A stretch of 60,549 nt of DNA, the filler included, from Sphacelaria rigidula (Eukaryota): the NCBI GenBank assembly GCA_964200075.2. It is 6 parts of 6 records of this genome, joined end to end, with 100 filler letters (N's around TTAATTAATTAA, not from the genome) between each part and the next. Parts side by side here need not be neighbours in the genome. Positions count along the whole stretch, not along the records: positions 10,112 to 20,120 come from CAXNAA020007326.1; positions 20,221 to 30,229 come from CAXNAA020007327.1; 4 more parts are not named here. One strand, given 5' to 3'. Numbering within the stretch: the stretch's first letter is position 1; every line of letters starts with the position of its first letter. Positions 10,236 through 20,744 of the stretch are shown here, one piece after another. A program made the translations under genes and the position numbers. The notes below the pieces were generated by a model that saw only the letters and a list, made by a program, of their open reading frames with translations, was not told the DNA's origin and did not search any database.

Positions 10236-13200
10236 TCACTCGTCATCATCTCCGACATGCATATCTTCATCCCCCACGTCCTCTACAGCGTTTTGTGCTT
10301 GTGTAGTTTCTGCAATAGCGGGCCACACATGATGCGGGAGTTTCGTGGTCGAAGGAAGCTTTGCGAATTTGCAGCTTATCGCTGCAACGTGCTCGAAGGA
10401 AATCGAGCGTACCCGCTTCCCGTCCACCATGCGAAACTCGAGGGTCCACCCTCCTCTTCCATATGTCGACCGCGGTGCGTTCGCAACTACCTTCTTTGGC
10501 ATGTACCATTGAAGTTCTACCTCGTCTCCATCTACCCCCTTTTTCATGGATAAAATTTGCCCGACACAGACCGACACCGGCGAGCTACTCGGCTGCGAAA
10601 AAGCAACAAACTCTCCAACCTCCACCCTGAATAGCGGCCCCGGCGTTCTACTCCGGCCGCGCCTCCCCTCTCCCCCTCCTTGTGGTACAGAGGAATCTCC
10701 AGTCGCTACTGCACTCCCTGCGATTCTGTCCCCCACCGTGGAAGACGGATCGCTCCTCACTCCAAGAGTCCGAGTGGTATCATCCGTGCTGTCATGTGTA
10801 CTTGAGCCCGAAGCCCCCCCACCATCACCTGTGTCGTCGTTTGACTCGGGCCTACTATACAGGGACAGATTCCAGTCGAAAGGAACAGGCGTTGACTTCC
10901 CGACGTCGATAACGCTTGACGCCAGTTCCGACATCAACGCCTGGTGATATTGGTTCGCCGACAACCCCTCCGGCAGCTCATCTGTGTTATTAGACGGTAT
11001 ATTGGCGTATAGTACGGTGCGTGCAGCCTCCATTAGCGATGAGATGGGAAAGCACTGTCATATCGACAACAACCATCCTGCGGGTGATTCACGGGAGTTC
11101 GTGTACGAAACGGAGCGCGAACATCCATAACTCGAGGTAGATGGCCTGTGCCGGATGGTCCGCCGCACATACATGATGGTCCGGATGGTCCCTCTTTCGA
11201 CCATTGTGAAAACCGGTGCCTACACACATCTATAGCAGGCACGACAACGGCATCTATTTTCGCACTACCTTGACGCATGGCACCGATCAACTGGGCCAGG
11301 TCATGACTGAGACTTCTCGGTGGGGGGGGGGGGTGCTCGAGTGATGCTTCGCCAAGATCACCCGTGGAATATCCAGTGGCCGTACAGACACCATCGTAGT
11401 TGAGATGCTCACACTCACCGACGCTGTGGCAGTAAGTCTCGATCCGTCGCTCGGAAGCCTCGATGCACAAGCGGTGCTGTTTCAGGGTGTGGTCGTCCAC
11501 CACTTTCCGTGGGTGATCAGGTGTATCCCGCAGGTCAGGCCAGCTCTTCATGATGGCCATGTACCCCTCGCTGTACTCGCCGTTCCTTTTTTTCCAAGCA
11601 TCACAAACGAGCGGACGGCCACGGTTTGCACTGATAATATTAATTATGCTCCTTGCTCAACCCTTCCTCACCGGTCCATCTCTTTCGATCCTCCAAGAGC
11701 AACCGCGACCACTTGTGGAAGAAAACCTGAAGAATCTACGAACATGAGTATATTTCAATCCTCTCATCCTATCCTGTTTGGCGCACCTGTTGATCACACC
11801 CCAGTCATCCCTGTAGCTTCTTTCCTGTACTTGCATCTTGACTACGCCGTCCGTAGGATCTCTCGACACCTTGAACGCCTGCGGCTTCGTTACAGAGGGA
11901 ATCGGATACATGCAGCCGACGAGAAGGTCCCGGATATTCGCACAGTTGTTCAAGTGCGTGAGGCCGACGTGGAAGTTGGGTTGGCCCGCCCTGTAGGACT
12001 CCAAGACACGTTGACCGAGAAGGGTCCGAGTTGCGGCGTCCGTCTTCTTGAGACCGGCTCCCACCCTATCCGTCAGAAACAAATGTAATAGTCCGGGAAC
12101 TGCACGTATGAGAATGTCTTCCCCAAACATTATCCTCGAGGTTACCTTGGGAACTGTTCAAAGATGCCATGCTGTCACATTCTCTAGACGCAAGGTGACG
12201 CAAGCCTCTCCGCTTGGAACATGGGGATGTACAAAATAGGTGCGGATTTTTTTTTGGGTACCTGCGCTTCAAACATTCGTGTCCATGCCCAATGTTCGAA
12301 ACATGGTCCCATTTCTATGGTTCCATTACTTCACCTACTGGTCGCTTCCGACAACAACTACCGCCATACCAAATTGGGTTCCAAAAACCGAAACGTTGGG
12401 GTCCCAGATGTAAAAAATCAGATCCGGGGTCTTTCGCCGATCCGACCAGACGCTGAAACGAGTGTTTCATCTGGGACCCCAACGTTTCGGTGTTCGAATT
12501 CCAAATTTGTGTGGCGTGTTGTGGTTGTCAGTAGCTACCAGTAGGTGAAGACATGGAACAAGATTTCAAGCGTGTGAGGACACGAAGATTGTGATGGACC
12601 TGGCGCCAATATCCAGCCAAAAAACCATATCCCGGGTGTACAGTTCCGTCTTTTGGGTGAAAACAGTACAGGGAAGACTCCCCTTACGTGATGAAGACGT
12701 CATATATCTCTTTATTTCTGCCGGCGCCAATACCCCACGAAAACCTCTACCCCATTTCTAAAACTCCGTGTTGTGGGTGAAAACTCACTACAGCATGGCG
12801 AGACCCCCTACCTGGAGAAGACCTGGTCTATCTCTGAACAGGTCAAAGGCGCCAGCATCGACGCGCGCATGTCATCCACCAGCCAGCGCCCATCACAGCA
12901 TACGCAGTTGCGGGGATTAACGTTGTTTTCGCGTTGCGCGGAGGGTGGTCGAGGGCGTGGGGTAGAAGTACACGTAAGAATAAAGGACGTGTAGGTCACA
13001 AAAAACACTGCGTGCTACTCTACGGATTCGGCGACTCAGGCGGTGAGACTGATGCCGACATAGCCCCCTCACAAAATCTGCGCCGCAAACCGTCCGTCGA
13101 AACGGCTGTGATCCCACTCTTGGGTTCGTTTGCAGCAACTTCGCCCACATGAGAGGTGTGTAGCAGCCGGAAATCAGCTTGATTTGCCCAAATTAGTCAC

Positions 13201-16200
13201 ATTGTGCAGTACTAAACAAGCTCGCCCGGCATTTCTCATCATCGACTCTGCGCACTTTTTTGGCCGCTTGGGGGGTGGGGGTATATCTCGGCAGCAGTCG
13301 TGACTGGTATCCACGGAGGGGGGAAACTTCCGCCTCATTGCCCTTTGCATCGCGAGGTCTCACCGTCGTGGGTGTGACCCTTCAGCCCGAAGTGCAGTTC
13401 GATGAAGTCGAAGAGACCATAGTACACCAGGAGGTGCAAGAATGCGAGGAAGATCCGGTTCTTGTTCTCCCTTTTCGGCAAATGAAAGGTCCATCGTGCG
13501 CGGGGCGAGGGGGATTAGTGCGATCGTGGTGTCGGTATGAGCATGTACCAACCCCCGGTCTCTCTCACCCCCCACCTCACACGTATCATTCTTCCACCTT
13601 GAACAGTTGTCCATCTGCAGGTGCAGAGCTCGAGGGAGTGTCTTGCCTTCTTTGAGACTGTCCATTATCTCCGTTAGCGTGGCGTGGAGGACTTGGATGG
13701 TGAGATTCGACCCTGATTTCACGCGGAATCGAAGACAAAATGCCAGTTACAGCGCCCTTGGTAAGAGCAAGGCGTCGCCGCTAATGTTTGCTCGAAGTGT
13801 GGTGGTCCGTGGTGTCACGGGCTGGGAGCAGTGACCACGTAATGGTCGACGCACAGTCTGGTCGATATATGGGCAGAATTTCACGCCACCTTCTCCTCAG
13901 TGCCCCCGCCCTCCCCCCGGAACCCCCTCCCTCTTTTTTAAGTAGGGGGGGGTACTGACTATCTTTTCTCTAACCATCATGCGCAGTTCAGGCGAATGCG
14001 AGGAGTTGCGTGTATGTCGGGGTCCACTTTTTGTCTCACCTGATTCCCAATTCGAACCCAGCGTGTAGAACATGCACATCCTGCCGCTCACGAGAGCGCC
14101 TATGAGTTTCAGTCTCATCTGCGACGTTGCAGGCGCGGGAAGCGATGTATTAGATACTGGGTTATATTATATAACGCTGCCGGCCCACATCTCCCGACCC
14201 CCCCCAAAAAAACATCCCTACTTAGCCTATATCGCCACGTCGTCACAACGACGTCTTTCGATTGAAATCGGGTCAAAGCCACCACAACACAGATGCGCGA
14301 TCATCCTCACTTCTAGATTGGCCTCCCGCACGATCACTGATGCAGTGCATCAATTTGGACGTACCGTCTCTTCATTGGCTGGAAACTTTTACCTTCGCTA
14401 TTACGCCACGCGGTAACTGAGTCGTTGCACACCATGTCTTCTCGGAAGATTTGTTTACTACAGCGTATTACCTTCAACCCTTTGCTTGTGTCTTTGGTCT
14501 CCTGTCTGAAGTACGGTGTGGCGTAGCTTGACTGGTCGCTCCCGTCGATCGCGATGCACAGCAACTCGTCCGGAGCAGCCTTCGCACGTGTCTTCGCTGC
14601 CATATACACCCCTCGCGACCTTTTCACATCCTGGAGAAGGTTGCGGCCAAACCATGTAGCACATTACGCGGCCGGACAAATAAGCATCTGTCATGTTACC
14701 ACGCGTCGTCATCTCGGGGTCACGACTGCATACGCACAGCTTCAATGACGCAGACCCAACCGTAGTCGGCCGTCAAAGCGCATTCGAATGTGTCACCATG
14801 GGGCAGCAGCGCCGTCGTGCACAGTGGGGAGTTGCACCCACCCACGTGCTAGGCGAAATTCAGTGAGGCCTTGCCATGGGCATCGTTTCAAATCTCTCAC
14901 GAATATCAACAACCTACAGGCTCGTCCCTGCCATTTCAGCTTCCCCGCCCGCCCGCCGCAACACCTTTCCCCCGATACAAGCAGGGTTACATCATCACGT
15001 ACGACATTTCCCAGATCGGTAAAAAAACGCCACACGTGCACACCTCGTAGTGGTCTCGGAGATGAAGTTTTATATCCGCCATTTCCTCCGTGAGCCACCC
15101 CGATCCTCCCTTTCTGCGCTGTACATCGAGGCTCTCGTTAGCAATAGTGCAAACATCGCATTTGGTGAAGCGCATGGTTTTTTTCAGCTTTATGTGCGGG
15201 CAGTCGTGCTTCCACACCGAGGTGAAGTGTGAGTACTTCGGAGGGGGGCGGCCAGAGGCTTCAACCGCATCAGACGAGCAGAAAATGTTGTACACCATCT
15301 GCAGCGCACATGGAACGGCAAATCGGCGGGAGATAGAGCGTGTAATTACGAAAGTTGCACTCTCGCTCGTAGTACGTCAAACACAGGGTGTTTCGTGCGG
15401 GGGGTGGATTTTGTTTTTGAGGACGTGCGCCGGGATAATTCAAATAATTCGATCCATCAGGGGTGCACGAAGAAAAACTCGCGCACCCACGTCCCGTTTC
15501 TTTGCTTCGGTCCTCTCAGGGGGGGGGGGTAGGATACTAGACCACCCCCCCCCCCTAGGGGGGGTTAGCATTACTCTACTCATAGGTTCCCGCCGGGGGT
15601 GGTCATGTTCGAGGATTGTGTCCGGCGATAACAACCGTCAGGTGAAGCCAAGCCAACCACCTCTCAATAGCACGCAGGTGTTCCCGACGAGAACGAGTCG
15701 TATCTGGCTCTATATACAGGCGAACAAATCGGTACATTCGACTAAGACAAAAACAGAGCGTATATTCTTTTCATTTCGGCCCTACAGGATAGTAGGCGGG
15801 TGGGGTACGCAGGTTTGCGGGATTTGACTTGTCGTGTACCCAGCAATCCACACCAAATTTTCCAATTATGAGACAATTGTTTCGTTTTGTCCATATACTG
15901 GCAGCTACTGGAAATTATCACATTCAATACAAATATCTCACCGTGGCGGACGGATACGACATGTGGATCTCGTTTTTGTCGGGCTGCAGCTCCCAGTTCT
16001 TCGCCATGTCACGTAGCCAGGCCACAATCAGCTGCGCCCCGGTGTTCGTGGCGTCGCGCTTTATCCTGATGTCACGGGGGGGGGGGTGAGGGGGCAGGGA
16101 AGGGGGGCGGGTGGGGACAGGGGACGATGGGGGGCGACTACTACAATTATCGACATCTCACTTGCGTGCTAGTTACAGTGTGCGATAAACGATGGGTCGA

Positions 16201-16866
16201 TCCACAAGGTGGGATCCGGCTGTAGTGGTTCCTCCTTCAACATTACATCCAAGATTGATGAACTCACATGTTGACGGGCCCTACTGACCCAGCCGAGCGA
16301 AGGAGGTTGAACGATGCACCCATAAGCGACCGGTAGAACTGCCAACACACGGGAATGGTGTTGAGACCGTCTCTGATATGCAGTTGCCCATCTGCCTCAG
16401 TGAAGCACGAGCGGACGTATTCCTTCCGAGCGGCTTGCGTGCCTCTACGGTATGGGGGCAAAGCGCTGCGGCACCGTGCTAAAGCCTCCGGTCCCCATTT
16501 CACGTTGCACTCCCCTCTACAACAGTAGGGCGGGTCGGTGTCTGCCGGGTTGTTTGCCTCGGCGGTGGGAGTCGAAGGGGGGCCCAGACGCCGTCGACGA
16601 AACGCGGACCCATCTACTATGCGAGCGATGGGAGTAAGCGCCTTCGGTATCGTCTCAGGTTCGGGATCTCTACGCTTACGTTTGCGACAATTATAAGAGC
16701 GACGGTGGCCAGTCCCTCGGGTTAGATCTCCTGCTGCGCTTGCTGTGACCTGGCCATTCAGGACGGCTGCAAAGCAATCGCCGAGCTGAAGTGCGCGCAG
16801 AAGCATGAACGAGGGAGTCGAGACGAACACCGAGGGCGGTCGAGATGAGTGTTCATTTGTTCTCAT
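10236..16866 (-). CDS. Spliced Sola-like (DUF7869-type) DDD transposase with C-terminal BAH/SH3-barrel-like domain
   Basis: Phase-consistent GT-AG exons: 16866-16268, ~16066-15943, 15298-15044, 14630-14472, 14118-14040, 13712-13598, 13470-13364, 12833-12812, 12065-11787, 11585-11419, then ~11057-10236 (this last junction is unresolved). Spliced motifs: VCWQFYRSLMG, FTKCDVC...HLRDH, CIAIDGSDQ, LHLQMDNCSRENKN, FGLKGHTHDEIDQVFSR, PQAFKV...W. Confidence 0.85.
12320..12559. repeat. Intronic fold-back with ~90-bp arms and a 23-bp perfect core
   Basis: CCGAAACGTTGGGGTCCCAGATG (12388-12410) is the exact reverse complement of 12468-12490. The arms extend imperfectly to 12320 and 12559. Confidence 0.85.
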
Positions 16867-17053
16867 GTTGTACGGGCCCAGGTTGCCACGTGATTAGATT
16901 TCTATTACGGTACTGTGCAGCACCGATTGATTGCGTGATGCGATAATACTGCAGCAAATGGAATGCCATCCTTAGGATCGATCGCGATACATGCAACACA
17001 ATAAAATTCGAACCACAAGAAGGGCCCTGACTACCTGGAGTGGAGTACGTGCG

Positions 17054-17600
17054 ATTATTATTATTATCATCAATTATTCTTCTTCTTAAATCCGTTACAT
17101 TAGCTCGATCTCACGAATCCGCGGTCACGGAGTGCAAGGGCATACCACCCGTACCCATAACCCAAAACAGCCCGCAGAAGAAGGCAAGGAATAAGGCATC
17201 TACACGAAAAATAGGCACCTACACGACGACAGATCCGCGTGAGACCGATTTAACTACCGGAGACCTACTGGTACTGGAATGTAGAAGTCCTCTCGTCGCG
17301 TAGAACAGACAACAATTCCAAAACAGATCTACTGACTGGAGTGTTGTTGAAAGAGATACTTTCCAGAGCCTGCGCACCGAAAACTGAACAACGCTACATA
17401 GGAAGATAAAAAAATTACCACCAAAAAAATTACCTGCTGGCAGCGAGGAGGGAAAGCAAGGAAAATGACCTCCCTCGGGTTCTGGTCAAATACCGTCGTT
17501 ATGGATACACAACAGACAGGGCGTGTCTAGCCTACACGCGGCATAATGTTATTAACAAAAACAGAGTCTGTTCAGAGTGTCAGATACCCTTCCATTAAAA
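17054..17600 (-). repeat. Probable 3' end of a non-LTR retroelement with a (TAA)n/(GAA)n tail
   Basis: TTATTATTATTATCATCAATTATTCTTCTTCTT tail adjoining a purine-rich non-coding tract; no ORF. Confidence 0.35.
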
Positions 17601-18439
17601 CATGGGATACACCAACGGTCTGTCAAAAAATATATTTCGGGACACGTCGGCTTTTTCTCTTTGATATATGCTACTGTATATCGTATACATTAGAAACACT
17701 TTTATTTTTTGTATGATCATATAAATACATATATTTATATTCATGAAAATTCATCAAGAGGCAGCATATACTTCATTATTATGAAGGTGTATAGTAATTC
17801 ACATAGATGCAATGTAATATACAGCATGTAATCCTTATGTTATATACAAAATAAATATATAAAAGGGCAGAAGCAAACATCTACCCCGCAAGGCTCACCG
17901 AACTCCTCGGGTTTTGTCAATGTTTTTTGATCAATTCTGTGCAACAAAGCTAAAAGAATATACTTTCAAAACAGGATAATTTTTTGTCGGAAAATGCCCT
18001 CTGGCATCTGAGGTCATCGGGACATAACGGGCAAGGAGCAGAAGCAGACATTCGAACCCCACAAAGCCCACCAGACTTTTCGATTTCTGTCGGCGTGAAG
18101 TGATCAATTTCTTTTGAGAAAATTAACAGAAATATGCAAAACAGTGTCTATATTGATCAAATCCTTGCGAGAAACTTGACAAAAAAAATCGAAGAAATCA
18201 TGACAATTTTCAAAAAAATACCCTCCGGGAGGGGAGGGGGGGGGCTCCGTGTCCGAATTTTTTCCCTCGACAAAACCGTTCCGATATCTGCGCGGTACAT
18301 TCGAACTGGGCATCTTATGCGGACGCCTTCCGTGGTCACAGGCGAGCAAAAGAAAAGAAATATATTAAATAGACCCGGAGTGAAAAACTCACAAAATGTG
18401 GATTCTTATTTATGCCGGAAGATAACTCATCTGTTCGCC

Positions 18440-18577
18440 TTCCCCTCCCGTGTGACCCCCGCTGATGCACCCACATATACCAAGAGGTGTGGACTGGCGT
18501 CCAGAATAGACGCACCCACATATACCAAGAGGTGTAGACTGGCGTCCAGAGTAGATGGGATGACAACACACACACAC
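18440..18577 (+). mobile_element. 3' fragment of tRNA-SINE family 1 with a (CA)n tail and an internal 45-bp tandem duplication
   Basis: Reverse-complement match to 22462-22545. Duplicated units at 18467-18511 and 18512-18556. Confidence 0.8.
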
Positions 18578-19026
18578 GGTCTGTTCACAACTTCGTGCCT
18601 GAAAGCTAGTTCTTCCAAATATGTCGTTCGGGCAGGTGCCCACGCGTTCCGAGTAACACAAAACCTCACCCCGGCTCCAACAACGACAACCATAGATTTG
18701 TGATAAGTAACACTTCGACCACCTCATCTTGCTTTGCACACAACCTTCTTGCGCTAATTTAGTATAGGTTGTTCTCAGCATCCAATTCCACATGAGCTAT
18801 GGGACTGCTGTGTAGGGATGGGTTTCGGCAAAGTACCCACCACTTGTGCAGTGTTCTTCGGCGGTGCTCCTGCATCATTCGCTCCACCTGCAGGCGGTGT
18901 CGACCCAGACGATGGTGCATCACTGGATTGTACTTGTGCTGCGACAGTTACAGTTCCGTTGCTCGCCCTCGACGCATAGAAAGCGGCGAACATTTGTCAA
19001 CCCTGTTGTGCATCGTGCAAGACCGG

Positions 19027-19147
19027 TGCAATGGGTTAGGGGACCGCGCATCGAGAGGATCGCGTCGGGGTTCAAAACACCTCACGACCGACGTTTTGGA
19101 TAACCAATCGGGCCGGCCCCTGCAAGTGCCACGCCTCTCACCCTAAC
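19027..19147 (+). mobile_element. Truncated half of the telomere-repeat MITE
   Basis: Colinear with the reverse complement of 46770-46888 (GGACCGCG...CCAATCGGGCC...CCCTAAC). Stops at the first CCCTAA. Confidence 0.75.
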
Positions 19148-20120
19148 AGTGCCACTGATCCGTGTATACAACCCGAATATCTCCTCTCATGCTTCTCAAC
19201 CGGACGACCGGGGAGGTTGATATATGGTCGGACAGACTCCGTGTCATCCGCTTTCCATGTTATATTTTTTCAGGCGACAAGATCTCGGAACATGCTAGAT
19301 GCAACTCGTTCTGTGTCTGCACTCACACTCACATCCGCTGAAAGACTCGATCTGGCGGCGTAGCGATGGTGTACAGGTGTCAGGCTGACTGTTCCCGAGT
19401 GCTCCGTGGTTGAACAGAAAAATGACTTGAGAGAGCGGGGCCGGAGGACGCCGAACTCGTTCTGGGTTATGACATCGCATGATAACACGATATCTGTTGA
19501 GCAACTTCGTCCTGGACGTTTTCGAAATGATACGCAGTTCGGACTTTTGATTACGTAACGCCATCGATAGATCGGTCAATGACTACAGTATAACACCACA
19601 TCTATTTATTGATGCAATGTAATCCAGGGTGAGATACTATCATAAGTTCCGCCGAGGAATAGAGAAAACTACCTAGGCGGTGAAACAATTTCGTCGGTAA
19701 CGTATTGAATTCACACCGTTCAGATTCAACCGATATTTTTATGAAATCTAACGGTGATCTTTCGGTTCGGTGCGATTGTCAAAAATCATTTCCGATCCGT
19801 GAACATAACCGTAATTCCGTCGACAAAGTCTGGCCTCTTCGAATATGAACAGACCCATGTTATAGGTACTTCATTAGAGCGACAGGCGGATCATGTGTGG
19901 ATCTACAATGCATCTCAATATAACAGATCATTGAAGGTGTCTCAATTTCGGTTCCGATGTCCTCGTTTATTCGCCGGCTCTGAGTTGTGCACCGTTTCTT
20001 CAAGTAAAAGTGATCACGATTCACAGCAGGACCGGGCCCGGTGGTCGAAGGGTCTCATCATCTGATGAATCGGCATCACCTTCACTTGAAAATACAGTAC
20101 ACAACGAACCAGGAGACCGG

Positions 20121-20220
20121 NNNNNNNNNNNNNNNNNNNNNNNNNNNNNNNNNNNNNNNNNNNNTTAATTAATTAANNNNNNNNNNNNNNNNNNNNNNNN
20201 NNNNNNNNNNNNNNNNNNNN
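20121..20220. other. Artificial contig spacer
   Basis: Ns with TTAATTAATTAA. Confidence 0.99.
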
Positions 20221-20744
20221 TGTACCCCTCTTGCGGGTTTTTTCCGTCCGCCCCTATGAAAGGGAAACTACTCCGTTTTGTTATAGGGTTGTGCCCCACC
20301 CCCCCCCCCCCCCCCCCGGGAAACTCGGGAACGCTGTACTGAGTGCAAGTAATACGATAAAACCAAGTTCTGACCGCCTGCACTTGGGAACCTGAGAAGG
20401 CTTATCTGGGCCAGGGATATATCCCCCACACGATCTTTGCAGTGGCATCACACTCGCCAACAATCCCCGCGCTGGTCGTTGAGTCTGGTCGATAAATTTC
20501 GCCTCGCCGTGATTGGGCAGGTCGCTCATAGACTTGTTTTTACTTATTTCACCAACACAGGGTCGGCCCTGTGTTCATGGGTGGTCGGTCCCAAAAGCGT
20601 TATTTAGAGGGGTATAGGATGCAGTACATACCTCCACGCTTGTCTAGTTCAAGCTTCCGCCCATTTTGTGTGTAGCGTGTACATGGTGCTTATTTTGACG
20701 CACATCGCTGTTTCGCTCCTTTGCTTTTGGGTGTTGGGGTGAAG

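Larger units (their letters stand above)
10112..18340 (-). mobile_element. Putative Sola-like DNA transposon; 3' end probably lost at the contig edge and 5' terminus tentative
   Basis: Contains the transposase above. The segment near 18270-18340 has a G-run, and a related copy occurs on another contig (31537-31580). No partner TIR or TSD is visible. Confidence 0.5.

Noticed and set aside
18467-18556. CRISPR-like direct repeats
   Set aside because: Two adjacent 45-bp units with no spacer, inside a SINE tail, in a eukaryotic context with no cas genes.
18775-20080. Possible minus-strand exons at the end of contig 2
   Set aside because: Could not be spliced into a phase-consistent, recognisable protein.
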